64,000 nucleotides of DNA from the NCBI GenBank assembly GCA_051859245.1, contig JBHYGA010000005.1, positions 160,001 to 224,000 of the forward strand. Reading direction: 5' to 3'. Origin of the DNA: Gemmatimonadaceae bacterium (lineage in GTDB: Bacteria; Gemmatimonadota; Gemmatimonadetes; Gemmatimonadales; Gemmatimonadaceae). Below the pieces are notes generated by a model. The model saw only the letters and a program-made list of their open reading frames with translations. It searched no databases and had not been told where the DNA came from. This document shows, in pieces, positions 1-11,403 of the stretch (position 1 is the first letter of the stretch; every line of letters starts with the position of its first letter). The translations under genes and the position numbers were made by a program.

Positions 1-1856
1 TCAACATCATCGACACGCCGGGTCACGTCGACTTCACCGTTGAAGTGGAGCGCTCGCTCCGCGTCCTCGACGGTGCCGTCACGCTGCTCGACTCGGTAGC
101 CGGTGTTGAGCCGCAGACCGAAACGGTGTGGCGTCAGGCGGACCGGTACCAGGTCCCCCGCATGATTTTCTCGAACAAAATGGATCGCGTTGGCGCGAAC
201 TTTGAGCGCTGCGTGGCCATGATTCATGATCGACTGACCAAGAGCGCCCAGCCGCTCCAGCTCCCCGTTGGTTCGGGTGAACTGTTCACGGGTCACATCG
301 ACGTGATCGAACGCAAGCAGTACATCTTCGACGAAGCCTCCATGGGCAAGACGTTCACGGTCATGGATGTACCGGCCGAGTTCCATGATGCGGTCGAGAC
401 GGCGCGCGCGAAGTTGATCGATACGGTGGTTGAGTACGACGAGAAGCTGATGGAGAAGTACCTGGCGGGCGAAGAGCTGTCGGTGGCGGAAATCCGCAGC
501 GCGATTCGTACGGCTACGTGCGCGGGCAAGTTTGTTCCGATTCTCTGCGGCGCGTCGTTCAAGAACAAGGGTGTGCAGGCGCTGCTCGACGCGGTGATTG
601 ATTTCATGCCGGCGCCGATCGACGTGCCCGCGATCAAGGGGCATCTGCCGCACCACGACGAAACGTTTGTCGATGCGCCAATCAAGGACGACGCGCCATT
701 TGCCGCGCTGGCGTTCAAGATTGCCACCGACCCGTTCGTTGGTAAGCTCACGTTCTTCCGCGTGTATTCGGGCGTCATGACGTCCGGCTCGTACGTCTAC
801 AACAGCACGAAGGACAAGCGTGAGCGTGTCGGTCGTCTGCTGCAGATGCACGCCAACAAGCGTGAAGAAATCGAAGAAGTGCGCGCGGGCGATATTGCCG
901 CGGCGATTGGTTTGAAGGACACGCGCACCGGCGACACGCTGTGCACGGAAGACAACCCGATCATTCTCGAGGCCATGAAGTTCCCGGCCCCGGTGATCGA
1001 CGTTGCCATCGAGCCCAAGACCAAGGCCGACCAGGACAAGCTCGCGATCGCGTTGCAGAAGCTGGCCGAAGAAGATCCCACGTTCCGCGTGCGGTCGGAT
1101 CCGGAAACCAGCCAGACGATCATTGCCGGTATGGGTGAGCTCCACCTGGAGATCATCGTGGACCGCATGATGCGCGAGTTCAAGGTGGACGCGAACGTAG
1201 GTCGCCCGCAGGTGGCCTATCGCGAAACCATCCGCAAGCGCGTTGAGAAGGTTGAAGGCAAGTTTGTCCGTCAGTCAGGTGGTAAGGGCCAGTACGGCCA
1301 CTGCGTGATCAATATGGAGCCGTCGGAGCCCGGCCAGGGCTTCATCTTCGAAGACAAGATTGTCGGCGGCACGATCCCGCGTGAGTACATTGGACCGGTG
1401 GAGCAGGGCATCAAGGAAGCGTTGGAAACGGGCGTGTTGGCCGGTTATCCGGTCGTTGACGTCAAGGTCCAGCTCATCTTCGGCTCCTACCACGATGTTG
1501 ACTCGTCGGAAATGGCGTTTAAAATCGCCGGCTCCATGGCGTTCAAGGAAGCGGCCCGTGCGGCGTCGCCTTGTCTGCTTGAGCCGGTCATGAAAGTCGA
1601 AGTCGTTTGCCCGGATTCGTACATGGGCGACGTCCTCGGCGACCTGTCCTCGCGGCGTGGCCGAATTGGCGGTATGACGCAGCGCGGTGAGGCTCAGGTT
1701 ATCTCGGCGACGGTGCCGCTCTCCGAGATGTTCGGCTACTCGACCAAGCTGCGCTCAATGTCACAAGGGCGCGCGGTCTACTCGATGGAGTTCGCGCACT
1801 ACGAAGAAGTGCCGAAGTCGAAGGCCGACGAGATCATCACCAAGGTGAAGGCGTAA
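1..1856 (+). CDS. fusA: Elongation factor G, 5'-partial
   Basis: Frame open from base 3 ([26 protein letters not shown]); [13 protein letters not shown] and [13 protein letters not shown] motifs; directly upstream of tuf. Confidence 0.99.
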   Translation, partial: NIIDTPGHVDFTVEVERSLRVLDGAVTLLDSVAGVEPQTETVWRQADRYQVPRMIFSNKMDRVGANFERCVAMIHDRLTKSAQPLQLPVGSGELFTGHIDVIERKQYIFDEASMGKTFTVMDVPAEFHDAVETARAKLIDTVVEYDEKLMEKYLAGEELSVAEIRSAIRTATCAGKFVPILCGASFKNKGVQALLDAVIDFMPAPIDVPAIKGHLPHHDETFVDAPIKDDAPFAALAFKIATDPFVGKLTFFRVYSGVMTSGSYVYNSTKDKRERVGRLLQMHANKREEIEEVRAGDIAAAIGLKDTRTGDTLCTEDNPIILEAMKFPAPVIDVAIEPKTKADQDKLAIALQKLAEEDPTFRVRSDPETSQTIIAGMGELHLEIIVDRMMREFKVDANVGRPQVAYRETIRKRVEKVEGKFVRQSGGKGQYGHCVINMEPSEPGQGFIFEDKIVGGTIPREYIGPVEQGIKEALETGVLAGYPVVDVKVQLIFGSYHDVDSSEMAFKIAGSMAFKEAARAASPCLLEPVMKVEVVCPDSYMGDVLGDLSSRRGRIGGMTQRGEAQVISATVPLSEMFGYSTKLRSMSQGRAVYSMEFAHYEEVPKSKADEIITKVKA

Positions 1857-1897
1857 GCCTTCATCTATTTACCTACTTCTTTCACACCGGACGCGTT

Positions 1898-3100
1898 ATG
1901 GGCAAGGCAAAGTTCGAGCGGAATAAGCCGCACGTGAACGTGGGGACGATCGGCCACGTCGACCACGGCAAGACCACCACGACCGCTGCCCTGACGAAGA
2001 TTTCGTCGGACAAGGGCTACGGCACCAAGTACATCGCGTATGACGAAGTCGCCAAGGCGTCTGAGTCGCAGGGCCGTCGCGATAGCACGAAGATCCTCAC
2101 GATTGCCACGTCGCACGTTGAGTACGAGACGGAAGCGCGTCACTACGCGCACGTTGACTGCCCGGGCCACGCGGACTACGTGAAGAACATGATCACGGGT
2201 GCCGCCCAGATGGACGGCGCAATCCTCGTGGTGTCGGCCGTTGACGGCCCGATGCCGCAGACCCGCGAGCACATCCTCCTGGCTCGCCAGGTGAACGTGC
2301 CCACGGTCGTGGTCTTTTTGAACAAGTGCGACCTCGTGGAAGACGAAGAGCTCCTCGACCTCGTCGAGCTCGAAGTTCGCGAGCTGCTCAGCAAGTACAA
2401 CTACCCGGGCGACGACGCTCCGGTGATCCGTGGATCGGCCATCAAGGCCATTGAAGGCGATCCGAAGTGGATCGCCCGTCTCGAAGAGCTCTACACGGCT
2501 CTCGATACGTTCATCCCGGAGCCGGTGCGTGAAATCGACAAGCCGTTCCTGCTTCCCGTGGAAGACGTGTTTTCGATCACGGGCCGTGGCACGGTTGCCA
2601 CTGGTCGTATTGAGCGCGGCATCGTGAAGGTTGGTGAAGAAGTCGTGCTCGTGGGCTTCGGCGCTGACAAGAAGACGGTTGTCACGGGTGTTGAAATGTT
2701 CCGCAAGCTGCTCGATCAGGGCCAGGCCGGCGACAACGTCGGACTCCTGCTCCGTGGCGTGGACAAGAAGGAAATCGAGCGTGGCATGGTGCTGGCCAAG
2801 GCCGGTTCCATCAAGCCGCACACGAAGTTCGCCGCCGAGGTGTATGTCCTCACGAAGGAAGAGGGTGGCCGCCACACGCCGTTCTTCAAGGGCTACCGCC
2901 CGCAGTTCTACTTCCGCACGACCGACGTAACCGGCACCTGCGAACTTCCGGAAGGCACGGAAATGGTGATGCCGGGCGACAACATCGCCATGAACATCGA
3001 GCTGATCATTCCGGTGGCCATGGAAGAGCAGCTGCGCTTCGCCATCCGTGAGGGTGGCCGCACGGTGGGCGCTGGTGTCGTGACGAAGATCATCGCGTAA
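1898..3100 (+). CDS. tuf: Elongation factor Tu
   Basis: [41 protein letters not shown]. Confidence 0.99.
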   Translation: MGKAKFERNKPHVNVGTIGHVDHGKTTTTAALTKISSDKGYGTKYIAYDEVAKASESQGRRDSTKILTIATSHVEYETEARHYAHVDCPGHADYVKNMITGAAQMDGAILVVSAVDGPMPQTREHILLARQVNVPTVVVFLNKCDLVEDEELLDLVELEVRELLSKYNYPGDDAPVIRGSAIKAIEGDPKWIARLEELYTALDTFIPEPVREIDKPFLLPVEDVFSITGRGTVATGRIERGIVKVGEEVVLVGFGADKKTVVTGVEMFRKLLDQGQAGDNVGLLLRGVDKKEIERGMVLAKAGSIKPHTKFAAEVYVLTKEEGGRHTPFFKGYRPQFYFRTTDVTGTCELPEGTEMVMPGDNIAMNIELIIPVAMEEQLRFAIREGGRTVGAGVVTKIIA

Positions 3101-3107
3101 CCGGTAA

Positions 3108-3158
3108 GTCGGAGGGCAGCGCGCTCATCCTGCGCGGTGCCCTCCGACGTTCCTTTTT
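3108..3158 (+). terminator. Stem-loop with pyrimidine tail between tuf and rpsJ (terminator or attenuator)
   Basis: gtcggagggca (3108-3118) pairs with tgccctccgac (3138-3148), followed by gttccttttt. Confidence 0.55.
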
Positions 3159-3169
3159 CGAGACTGAGC

Positions 3170-3478
3170 ATGGCAGGCCGTATCCGCATTCGCCTCAAGG
3201 CGTTCGATCACGCGGTGATCGATCAGGCATCCGCGGACATCGTGCGCACCGCTGAAAAGACGGGCGCCCAGGTGTCGGGGCCGATTCCGCTTCCTACGAA
3301 GACGCAGCGCTGGACCGTTCTGCGGTCGCCGCACGTGGACAAGAAGTCGCGGGAGCAGTTTGAACTCAAGACGCACAAGCGCATGATCGATATCCTCGAT
3401 TCGCGCGCGCAGACGGTTGACGCGCTCACCAAGCTGGATTTGCCGGCTGGTGTGGACGTCGAAATCAAGGTCGAATAA
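3170..3478 (+). CDS. rpsJ: 30S ribosomal protein S10
   Basis: [32 protein letters not shown]; start moved to ATG 3170. Confidence 0.99.
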   Translation: MAGRIRIRLKAFDHAVIDQASADIVRTAEKTGAQVSGPIPLPTKTQRWTVLRSPHVDKKSREQFELKTHKRMIDILDSRAQTVDALTKLDLPAGVDVEIKVE

Positions 3479-3602
3479 GCCACACGGCCTTGGGTGGTAC
3501 CGGCATGACGGGAGTTGCTCGGAGGCAGTTCGGCCTCAGCCGCAACCGTCCACAGTCCAACGGCAGCGCACTCGGCGCTCCGCGACTACGCACGGAGAAA
3601 AC

Positions 3603-4283
3603 ATGATTGGTGTGATTGGCAGGAAGCTGGGGATGACCCAGCTGTTCAATGAGCTGGGGCAACAGATCCCCTGCACGGTGGTGGAGGCCACGCCGAATCC
3701 TGTCACCAAGGTGACGAAAAAGGAAACGGCTGGTTATGCGTCCGTCGAACTCGGCTTTGGCGCGCAGCGTATCGCGCGTGACAATGGCAAGGGTGAGCGC
3801 ACCCCGAAGGGTCGTCGCGCTCCCAAGGGCGAAGTTGGACACGCGGCGAAGGCGGGGCTTGATGCGCCGCCGTCGATTCTGCGCAGCTTCCGTCTCGACG
3901 ACGCGCCGGGCAAGCAGGAAATCCCCACGTACAATGTGGGCGACAAGATCACGGTCGACATTTTTACGGCCGGCGAAAAGGTGAAGGTGACGGGCACGTC
4001 GAAGGGCCGCGGCTTCCAGGGTGTCGTGAAGCGCTACGGTTTCCACGGCGGTCCGAACACGCACGGCAATACGAAGCACCGCAAGCCCGGCTCCATTGGC
4101 GCCGGCACGAATCCGTCGCGCGTCATCAAGGGCAAGAAAATGCCCGGACATTACGGCGCGGCGCAGCATACGGAAATTGGTCTCCGTGTTGAGAAGGTGG
4201 ACACGGAGCGGAATCTCATTTACCTGCGTGGCAGCGTGGCGGGGCCGATTAACGGCATCGTCCTCGTGCGCAAGCAGGGCTGA
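3603..4283 (+). CDS. rplC: 50S ribosomal protein L3
   Basis: GRKLGMTQLF, GTSKGRGFQG, RKPGSIG; ggag SD before ATG 3603. Confidence 0.98.
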   Translation: MIGVIGRKLGMTQLFNELGQQIPCTVVEATPNPVTKVTKKETAGYASVELGFGAQRIARDNGKGERTPKGRRAPKGEVGHAAKAGLDAPPSILRSFRLDDAPGKQEIPTYNVGDKITVDIFTAGEKVKVTGTSKGRGFQGVVKRYGFHGGPNTHGNTKHRKPGSIGAGTNPSRVIKGKKMPGHYGAAQHTEIGLRVEKVDTERNLIYLRGSVAGPINGIVLVRKQG

Positions 4284-4291
4284 CGCGCACG

Positions 4292-4924
4292 ATGACCATG
4301 AGCGAAACCCAGACCTTCGAAGCGCCGGTGTTTTCGGCGACCGGTGCAGCGCGCCAGCAGCGTGCGCTCCCGGCGGCGCTGTTCGACGGCACGATCAACG
4401 TGCCGGTTATGCACCAGGCAGTAAAGGCGTTCCTGGCCAATCAGCGCCAGGGCACGCACAAAACCAAAACGCGTGGTCAGGTGACCGGCGGTAATCAGAA
4501 GCCGTGGAAGCAGAAGGGCACCGGTCGTGCTCGTCAGGGCTCCACGCGCGCTCCGAACTGGCCGGGCGGTGGTACGGTCTTCGGTCCGATGCCGCGCAAG
4601 TACACCCAGATCGTGCCCAAGAATGTGAAGGCGTTGGCCCGCAAGAGCGCGTTCAACGCGCGTGCGTCGGAAAACGCGATCATGGTGGTGGAGGAGCTGA
4701 ACTACTCGGCGCCCAAGACCAAGGACATGCTCGCGCTGCTCGGCTCACTGGGTGTGGCGCACCGCAAGGTGCTGGTGCTCACCAATGGCGTAAAGCCGGC
4801 GGTTTATCTGAGCGCTCGCAACCTGCCCGCCGTGCACGTCATGCCGTACTCTGACGCCAGCACGTACCATCTCCTCTGGAGTGACGTGGTTGTGATCGAA
4901 TCCCCAGCACTGGCGGAGGGCTAA
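4292..4924 (+). CDS. rplD: 50S ribosomal protein L4
   Basis: KPWKQKGTGRARQGS; operon position. Confidence 0.98.
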   Translation: MTMSETQTFEAPVFSATGAARQQRALPAALFDGTINVPVMHQAVKAFLANQRQGTHKTKTRGQVTGGNQKPWKQKGTGRARQGSTRAPNWPGGGTVFGPMPRKYTQIVPKNVKALARKSAFNARASENAIMVVEELNYSAPKTKDMLALLGSLGVAHRKVLVLTNGVKPAVYLSARNLPAVHVMPYSDASTYHLLWSDVVVIESPALAEG

Positions 4925-4927
4925 TCC

Positions 4928-5215
4928 ATGGCCACGCTGCACCGCACCATTCTGCGCCCGTTGGTGACCGAGAAGACCTCGGCCTCCTACCAGGAGCGCG
5001 GTGAATACACGTTTGAAGTGGCCCCCGACGCCAACAAGCACTCCATCAAGGAGGCCGTTGAGCGCCTCTTCGGAGTCACGGTGGTCGGAGTGTGGACGAT
5101 GATCTCGCGCGGGAAGTCGCGCCGAGTTGGTCAGTCCATCGGCCGTCGTCCACACACCAAGAAGGCGATTGTGAAGCTCCAGGACGGAGATTCCATCGCA
5201 GTGTTCGAGGGCTGA
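4928..5215 (+). CDS. rplW: 50S ribosomal protein L23
   Basis: [29 protein letters not shown]. Confidence 0.98.
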   Translation: MATLHRTILRPLVTEKTSASYQERGEYTFEVAPDANKHSIKEAVERLFGVTVVGVWTMISRGKSRRVGQSIGRRPHTKKAIVKLQDGDSIAVFEG

Positions 5216-5220
5216 TCGCA

Positions 5221-6051
5221 ATGGGTATCCGTCAATTCAAGCCAGTGACCAAGAGCTCGCGGTTCCGCTCGGTCTCCGATTTCAAGGAGATCACGCGGTC
5301 CACGCCCGAGAAGTCACTGACCGCACCGCTCAAGAAGTCCGGTGGTCGCGACAATCATGGTCACATCTCGATGCGTCGCATCGGTGGTGGTCACAAGCGT
5401 CGCTATCGCATCATCGATTTCAAGCGCAACAAGCATGGCATCACGGCCACGGTTGCGCACATCGAGTACGATCCGAATCGCTCAGCGCGTATTGCGCTGC
5501 TCGAGTACGCGGACGGCGAGAAGCGCTACATCATTCAGCCCAAGGGACTGAAGCAGGGTGATGTGATCGTGTCGGGTCCGGGTGCGGATGTGCGCGTGGG
5601 CAATGCGCTGCCGCTCAAGGAAGTGCCGCTTGGTACCGCGGTGCACAATATCGAACTCAAGATTGGCAAGGGCGGGCAGATTTGCCGCTCCGCCGGCACG
5701 AGCGCGCAGGTGGTGGCTAAAGAAGGTGACTACGTCACGCTTCGTCTGGCGAGCACGGAAATGCGTTTGGTGCATGGCAACTGTGCGGCCACTATCGGTG
5801 AAGTTGGCAACGCGGAGCACGAACTCATTTCGCACGGTAAGGCCGGCAAGAGCCGTTGGCTCGGCAAGCGTCCGAAGGTGCGTGGTGAAGTCATGAATCC
5901 GGTCGACCATCCGCACGGTGGCCGGACGCGAGGCGGCCGTAACGTGGTGAGCCCGTGGGGCAAGCCCGAGGGCGTCAAGACGCGTCACAAGAAGAAGGCG
6001 TCGACGCGCCTGATCGTGCGCGGCCGTAAGCGTGGCAAGGCCACGAAGTAA
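5221..6051 (+). CDS. rplB: 50S ribosomal protein L2
   Basis: [36 protein letters not shown]; start ATG 5221. Confidence 0.99.
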   Translation: MGIRQFKPVTKSSRFRSVSDFKEITRSTPEKSLTAPLKKSGGRDNHGHISMRRIGGGHKRRYRIIDFKRNKHGITATVAHIEYDPNRSARIALLEYADGEKRYIIQPKGLKQGDVIVSGPGADVRVGNALPLKEVPLGTAVHNIELKIGKGGQICRSAGTSAQVVAKEGDYVTLRLASTEMRLVHGNCAATIGEVGNAEHELISHGKAGKSRWLGKRPKVRGEVMNPVDHPHGGRTRGGRNVVSPWGKPEGVKTRHKKKASTRLIVRGRKRGKATK

Positions 6052-6083
6052 CGCCGCCGACCAACGGAACCGAGAGCTCATCC

Positions 6084-6380
6084 ATGTCAAGAAGCGTTAA
6101 GAAGGGACCGTTCGTCGCAGAGCGCCTGCAGGCCAAGGTGCTCGGCATGAACGAACGCAGCGAGAAGAAGGTCGTAAAGACCTGGTCGCGCGCGAGCATG
6201 ATTCTGCCCGATTTTGTCGGGCACACGTTCGCTGTACACAACGGCAATAAGTTCATCCCGGTGTACGTGACCGAAAATATGGTTGGCCATAAGCTGGGCG
6301 AGTTCTCGCCCACGCGACTGTTCCGCGGTCATGCGGGTCAGAAGGTCGACAAGAAGGCCGGCGCGAAGGGAGGCAAGTAA
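6084..6380 (+). CDS. rpsS: 30S ribosomal protein S19
   Basis: [25 protein letters not shown]. Confidence 0.99.
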   Translation: MSRSVKKGPFVAERLQAKVLGMNERSEKKVVKTWSRASMILPDFVGHTFAVHNGNKFIPVYVTENMVGHKLGEFSPTRLFRGHAGQKVDKKAGAKGGK

Positions 6381-6382
6381 CC

Positions 6383-6766
6383 ATGGCCCTCCCAGCACTT
6401 CGCCCGGGCGGCACCACGGCCAACGCCACGCAGCGCACCACGCGTCAGTCACCGTACAAGATGCGCTTGGTGATTGACCAGATTCGTGGTCAGCGCGTGA
6501 ACGATGCCCTGGCGCTGCTCAAGTTCTCCAAGAAGCACGCGGCCAAGCAGATCGAAAAGACGCTGCTGTCGGCGGTGGCCAATGCCGAACAGACGGCCCG
6601 CAAGAATAACACCTCGCTGGATGCCGATACGTTGGTGATCACGCGCGCGGTGGTGAATGAAGGACCGAAGCTCAAGCGGTTTACGCCAGCGGCCATGGGT
6701 CGGGCGACTCCGATGATCAAGCGTACCAGCCACGTCGAGATCGTCGTGGCGGAGGCCGGTAAATAA
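6383..6766 (+). CDS. rplV: 50S ribosomal protein L22
   Basis: [30 protein letters not shown]. Confidence 0.98.
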   Translation: MALPALRPGGTTANATQRTTRQSPYKMRLVIDQIRGQRVNDALALLKFSKKHAAKQIEKTLLSAVANAEQTARKNNTSLDADTLVITRAVVNEGPKLKRFTPAAMGRATPMIKRTSHVEIVVAEAGK

Positions 6767-7425
6767 TGGGACAAAAGGTCAATCCGATTGGCTTTCGCCT
6801 CGGAATTACGAAGACGTGGCGTTCGACCTGGTACGCAAAGCGGGACATGCCGGCGCTGCTCAAGGAAGACGCGTTGCTGCGCAAGTACCTGCGCGCGCGC
6901 CTCGACAACGGCGCTATCTCCGACGTGCGCATTGAGCGCAAGCCGGGCAAGGTCGTGGTCACGATTCACACCGGTCGTCCGGGTGTCGTGATTGGTAAGA
7001 AGGGTGCCGAAGTCGACAAGTTGCGTGACGAACTCGCGCAGCTGACCGGCAAGGAAGTCGGCATCAACGTCGAAGAGATCAAGCGTCCGGAAATCGACGC
7101 GCAGCTCGTCGCCGATAACATTGGCGCGCAGCTCATTCAGCGTATCTCGTTCCGTCGTGCGCTCAAGCGCGCGGTGCAGAGCGCGATGCGGAGCGGTGCG
7201 CAGGGAATCAAGGTCAAGTGCAGCGGTCGTCTTGGCGGCGCGGAAATCGCGCGTGTTGAAGGCTACCACGAGGGGCGTGTGCCTCTGCACACGTTGCGCG
7301 CGGACATCGACTACGCCACCTCCACGGCTCGCACTACCTATGGTGTCATTGGCATCAAGGTGTGGGTCTTCAAGGGTGAAGTCGTCGAAGATCGTCGCAA
7401 CAAGACCTACTCGACCGGCGCCTGA
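6766..7425 (+). CDS. rpsC: 30S ribosomal protein S3
   Basis: [37 protein letters not shown]. Confidence 0.99.
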   Translation: MGQKVNPIGFRLGITKTWRSTWYAKRDMPALLKEDALLRKYLRARLDNGAISDVRIERKPGKVVVTIHTGRPGVVIGKKGAEVDKLRDELAQLTGKEVGINVEEIKRPEIDAQLVADNIGAQLIQRISFRRALKRAVQSAMRSGAQGIKVKCSGRLGGAEIARVEGYHEGRVPLHTLRADIDYATSTARTTYGVIGIKVWVFKGEVVEDRRNKTYSTGA

Positions 7426-7437
7426 GGAGATTGAACG

Positions 7438-7866
7438 ATGCTGAGTCCGAAGCGGGTCAAGTTCCGCAAGACATTTAAGGGTCGCATGACTGGATTGGCG
7501 CACCGTGGGGCCACTGTGTCCTTCGGTACGTACGGTCTGCAGGCCGTCGAGCCGGGCTGGGTAAGCAGCCGGCAGATTGAAGCGTGTCGTGTCGCCATGA
7601 CGCGTCACATCAAGCGTGGTGGTAAGGTCTGGATTCGTATCTTCCCGGACAAGCCGATCACGAAGAAGCCCGCCGAAACCCGAATGGGTAAGGGTAAGGG
7701 TTCGCCGGAGTTGTGGGTGGCCGTGGTGAAGCCGGGTCGCATCATGTTCGAGCTGGAAGGTGTTCCGCTCGACGTGGCGCTCAAGGCCATGGCACTCGCG
7801 TCCGCCAAGCTTTCGGTCAAGACGAAGTTCGTCCAGCGCGAAGAGGTGGTGAGCAATGAAGGCTGA
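7438..7866 (+). CDS. rplP: 50S ribosomal protein L16
   Basis: [21 protein letters not shown]. Confidence 0.99.
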   Translation: MLSPKRVKFRKTFKGRMTGLAHRGATVSFGTYGLQAVEPGWVSSRQIEACRVAMTRHIKRGGKVWIRIFPDKPITKKPAETRMGKGKGSPELWVAVVKPGRIMFELEGVPLDVALKAMALASAKLSVKTKFVQREEVVSNEG

Positions 7867-8140
7867 AGACATTCGCGCGCTCGGCGACGACGAGCTTCGC
7901 GCCCGTATTCTGGAGTTGGAGGAGGAGTCGTTCCGCCTCCGGTTCCGTTCGGCCACGGAGGCGCTGGAGGATCCCCTTCGGCAGCGTGTGATCCGGCGCG
8001 ACGTCGCGCGCCTGCAGACGATCCTGCGCGAGCGGGCCATGGGCATTGTTCGTACGGCGGCACCAGCCGCGGCGAAGAAGGCTCCGGCTCGGAAGACGGC
8101 CGGTGCCAAGAAGGCGCCGCGTCGGTCCACGGCGCGTTAA
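7856..8140 (+). CDS. rpmC: 50S ribosomal protein L29 with Ala/Lys-rich C-terminal tail
   Basis: [16 protein letters not shown]; lies between rplP and rpsQ. Confidence 0.95.
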   Translation: MKAEDIRALGDDELRARILELEEESFRLRFRSATEALEDPLRQRVIRRDVARLQTILRERAMGIVRTAAPAAAKKAPARKTAGAKKAPRRSTAR

Positions 8141-8155
8141 CCGGGAAGAACGAAG

Positions 8156-8446
8156 ATGGCTGAGATGAACAACGCAAACGCCACCCAGGGTGAAGAGCGC
8201 ACGGCGCGGAAGTTGCGCGTGGGCGTGGTGGTGAGCGATAAGATGCAGAAGACTGTCGTTGTGCAGATCGATCGGCGCATGCCGCATCCGGTGTACGGCA
8301 AGATGGTCACGCGCTCGAAGCGCCTGAAGGCCCACGACGAGGAAAACTCGGCGAAGCTCGGCGACACGGTGCGTATCATGGAGACCCGGCCCTTGTCAAA
8401 GGACAAGCGGTGGCGCCTGGTCGAAATCGTCGAGCGCGCCCGCTAA
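8156..8446 (+). CDS. rpsQ: 30S ribosomal protein S17
   Basis: [28 protein letters not shown]. Confidence 0.99.
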   Translation: MAEMNNANATQGEERTARKLRVGVVVSDKMQKTVVVQIDRRMPHPVYGKMVTRSKRLKAHDEENSAKLGDTVRIMETRPLSKDKRWRLVEIVERAR

Positions 8447-8463
8447 GGGTAGGAGCCTGAGTT

Positions 8464-8832
8464 ATGATCCAGCAGGAATCAGTAGTGAAAGTCGCGGACA
8501 ACTCGGGGGCCAAAAAGGCGCTCGTGATCCGTGTGCTCGGCGGCACGCGGCGTCGCTATGCGGGACTCGGTGACAAAGTCATCGTGGCCGTGAAAGACGC
8601 GCTGCCCAACGGCACCGTGAAGAAGTCCGATGTTGCCAAGGCCGTGGTGGTGCGCACCGTCAAGGAAACGCGCCGCAAGGATGGCAGCTACATCCGTTTC
8701 GACGAAAACGCGGTCGTCATCATCAATGACAACGGCGATCCGAAGGCCACGCGTATCTTCGGTCCCGTGGCGCGCGAACTGCGTGACAAGCGATACATGA
8801 AGATCGTATCGCTGGCGCCCGAGGTGATTTGA
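8464..8832 (+). CDS. rplN: 50S ribosomal protein L14
   Basis: [33 protein letters not shown]. Confidence 0.99.
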   Translation: MIQQESVVKVADNSGAKKALVIRVLGGTRRRYAGLGDKVIVAVKDALPNGTVKKSDVAKAVVVRTVKETRRKDGSYIRFDENAVVIINDNGDPKATRIFGPVARELRDKRYMKIVSLAPEVI

Positions 8833-8833
8833 T

Positions 8834-9238
8834 ATGCGTCTGAATACGTACAAAAAGTCCGACCGTGGACATCGTCTTGGCTCGTCGCGTCACGCCCTCA
8901 AGGCGTCGCGTGAGCCGGTGCATGTCGTCACTGGCGACATCGTGCGCGTGATGCGCGGTGATGACGCTGGCAAGGAAGGCAAGGTTATTAAAGTGCATCA
9001 CAAGACCGGCCGCATTACGGTGGACGGGATCAACATTGTGAAGAAGCACCGCAAGGCGCGCTCGGCTGAAGAGCAGAGCGCGATCATTGAGATGGCGGCC
9101 CCGATCAACGCGTCGAACGTGATGCTGATCGATCCGCAGAGCGGCAAGCCCACCCGGGTGCGTGCGCGTCTTGATGAGGATGGCACGAAGGAGCGGATCG
9201 CCGTGAAGAGCGGGCAGTCGATCGCGTTCAACCGCTGA
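8834..9238 (+). CDS. rplX: 50S ribosomal protein L24
   Basis: [18 protein letters not shown] (KOW), [16 protein letters not shown]. Confidence 0.97.
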   Translation: MRLNTYKKSDRGHRLGSSRHALKASREPVHVVTGDIVRVMRGDDAGKEGKVIKVHHKTGRITVDGINIVKKHRKARSAEEQSAIIEMAAPINASNVMLIDPQSGKPTRVRARLDEDGTKERIAVKSGQSIAFNR

Positions 9239-9255
9239 CCGGATAGAGACTGACC

Positions 9256-10047
9256 ATGGCAACGAAGACAAAGGCGCCCGCGAAGGGTGCAGCAGGTAAG
9301 GGTGGCGCGAAGGCTGGCGGCAAGTCGGCGGGCAAGGGCGGCGCGGGTGCGCCGAAGCCTGGCAGCAAGGCCGCCAAGAAGGCCGGCGCGGGCGGACGGG
9401 CCGCGGTTGACTTTACGAAGCGCGATCACGCGGGTGCCGGCTTGCCGGTTCCGGCGCCGCGCCTCAAGGTCCACTACGAGAACGTCGTGCGAAACGTGCT
9501 GGCCGACAAGTTTGGTCTCAAGAACATTCACGAGATCCCCACGCTCACCAAGATTGTGGTGAACTGTGGTGTTGGCGAAGCGGTGAAGCAGCCCAAGTTG
9601 CTCGACGTAGTGGTCGAAGAACTGGCGCTCATCACGGGCCAGAAGCCGGTGCGTCGCAAGGCCAAGAAGTCCATCGCCAACTTCGGTTTGCGCGAAGGAC
9701 AGGAAATCGGTGCGTCAGTCACGCTGCGTGGCGCGCGCATGTGGGAGTTCCTTGATCGGTTCGTCACGGTGGCGTGCCCGCGTATCCGCGATTTCCGCGG
9801 ACTCGGCACGCGCGCGTTCGACGGTCGTGGTAACTTCACGCTCGGCATCAAGGAGCAGATGATCTTCCCGGAGATCAACTACGACATGGTCGAGCAGATG
9901 CATGGTTTTGACATCACGTTTGTCACGACCGCGCAGAAGGACGAGCTCGCACTGGCGCTGTTGCACCAGTTGGGCATGCCGTTCCGTGGCGACGACAAGC
10001 CGGTGACGCCCAAGGTGGCGCAGCCGGCCGAAGCAGCAGCGGCCTGA
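9256..10047 (+). CDS. rplE: 50S ribosomal protein L5 with ~67 aa N-terminal extension
   Basis: ITGQKP, PRIRDFRG, FDGRGNFTLGIKEQMIFPEI. Confidence 0.99.
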   Translation: MATKTKAPAKGAAGKGGAKAGGKSAGKGGAGAPKPGSKAAKKAGAGGRAAVDFTKRDHAGAGLPVPAPRLKVHYENVVRNVLADKFGLKNIHEIPTLTKIVVNCGVGEAVKQPKLLDVVVEELALITGQKPVRRKAKKSIANFGLREGQEIGASVTLRGARMWEFLDRFVTVACPRIRDFRGLGTRAFDGRGNFTLGIKEQMIFPEINYDMVEQMHGFDITFVTTAQKDELALALLHQLGMPFRGDDKPVTPKVAQPAEAAAA

Positions 10048-10079
10048 CGGCCACTATCGAATCACACCGAGAATAGCCG

Positions 10080-10385
10080 ATGGCCAAGACCAGCAAACTC
10101 GCCCGTAACGCCCAGCGCCGTGAACTCGTAGCTCGCTACGCCGAACGTCGTGCCGCGCTCAAGGCGATTATCAAGAATCCGAACACCACGATGGATGCGC
10201 GCGCAGAAGCGTATGAGAAGCTGCGCAAGTTGCCGCGTGACAGTTCCGCTGTGCGTATTCGTAACCGCTGCAATATGTCAGGACGCCCGCGCGCGTTCCT
10301 GCGGCAGTTTGGCCTCAGCCGTATTGCCCTCCGGGACATGGCCCTGAACGGCCTTATCCCCGGTGTTCGCAAGGCGAGCTGGTAA
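10080..10385 (+). CDS. rpsN: 30S ribosomal protein S14, long zinc-independent (C-) type
   Basis: 101 aa; [25 protein letters not shown]; only one Cys. Confidence 0.98.
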   Translation: MAKTSKLARNAQRRELVARYAERRAALKAIIKNPNTTMDARAEAYEKLRKLPRDSSAVRIRNRCNMSGRPRAFLRQFGLSRIALRDMALNGLIPGVRKASW

Positions 10386-10402
10386 GCCTTTTTTCATTCA
10401 CT

Positions 10403-10437
10403 TCCTACAGGTCCGGCCAGGCCGGATACCATAGGAG
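10403..10437 (+). promoter_or_regulatory. Candidate S8-binding mRNA operator (16S rRNA helix 21 mimic) upstream of rpsH
   Basis: Hairpin tccta-ca-ggtccggc-cag-gccggatacc-a-tagga; AGGUC/GAUACC core matches the S8 site; basal stem covers the aggag SD. Confidence 0.6.
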
Positions 10438-10449
10438 CAATATCACGCC

Positions 10450-10851
10450 ATGAGCCTGAACGACCCGATTGCCGACATGCTCACGCGCATTCGTAATGCG
10501 TGTGCAGCCAACCACCGTCGTGTGGACATGCCGGTTTCTACGATTAAGTCACAGATCGCGCGTATCCTGAAGGAGAATCACTTCATCACGGATTATCGCA
10601 CGGTTGAGACGGAAGACGGCAAGCCGATGCTGCGCGTCATCCTCAAGTACGCGCACGGTGGCCAGTCGGTCATTCGTGAACTCAAGCGCGTGTCCACGCC
10701 GGGTCTGCGCCGCTATGTCGGCGTGGCAGAAATCCCGCGTGTACGCAACGGGCTGGGCATGTGCATCCTGAGCACGTCTCAGGGACTGATGTCTGATCGC
10801 CAAGCGCGTTCTGCGAACACCGGCGGCGAGTTGCTCGCCCTGGTTTGGTAA
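10450..10851 (+). CDS. rpsH: 30S ribosomal protein S8
   Basis: DPIADMLTRIRN, RVSTPGLRRY, GGELLALVW. Confidence 0.99.
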   Translation: MSLNDPIADMLTRIRNACAANHRRVDMPVSTIKSQIARILKENHFITDYRTVETEDGKPMLRVILKYAHGGQSVIRELKRVSTPGLRRYVGVAEIPRVRNGLGMCILSTSQGLMSDRQARSANTGGELLALVW

Positions 10852-10863
10852 GGAGACGCTACC

Positions 10864-11403
10864 ATGTCACGTATCGGCAAACGTCCAATCCCGGTTCCGG
10901 CCGGCGTTACCGTCAAGATTGACGGCAACATGATGGTCGTGAAGGGTCCGCAGGGAGAGTTGTCCCGCGCGTTGCACCCGGAAATGATCCTCAAGCAGGA
11001 AGATGGCAACTTGGTCGTCGAGCGTCCGAGCGACGAAACGGCGCACAAGTCGCTGCACGGTCTCACGCGTACGCTCGTCGCCAACATGGTGGAAGGCGTC
11101 ACGTCGGGCTTCAAGAAGACGCTCGAGATCTCCGGCGTCGGTTACAAGGCGGAGCTGCAGCCGTACGGCGTGAAGCTGTCGCTGGGGCTGTCGCACCAGA
11201 TTGAGTTCAAAACACCGGCGGGCATCACGCTCACCACGCCGAACGCAACCACGGTGGTCGTGTCTGGCATGAGCAAGGAACTGGTCGGGCAGGTGGCCGC
11301 GGAGATCCGCAGCTTCCGCAAGCCCGAACCCTACAAGGGCAAGGGCGTGAAGTATCAGGGCGAAGTCATCCGGCGTAAGGCTGGTAAGGCGGGAGGCAAG
11401 TAA
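10864..11403 (+). CDS. rplF: 50S ribosomal protein L6
   Basis: [24 protein letters not shown]. Confidence 0.99.
   Translation: MSRIGKRPIPVPAGVTVKIDGNMMVVKGPQGELSRALHPEMILKQEDGNLVVERPSDETAHKSLHGLTRTLVANMVEGVTSGFKKTLEISGVGYKAELQPYGVKLSLGLSHQIEFKTPAGITLTTPNATTVVVSGMSKELVGQVAAEIRSFRKPEPYKGKGVKYQGEVIRRKAGKAGGK

Noticed and set aside
1865..8130. Long antisense ORFs such as 1865-2875 and 6490-8130
   Set aside because: Shadows of strongly codon-biased tuf and ribosomal genes; no recognisable domains.
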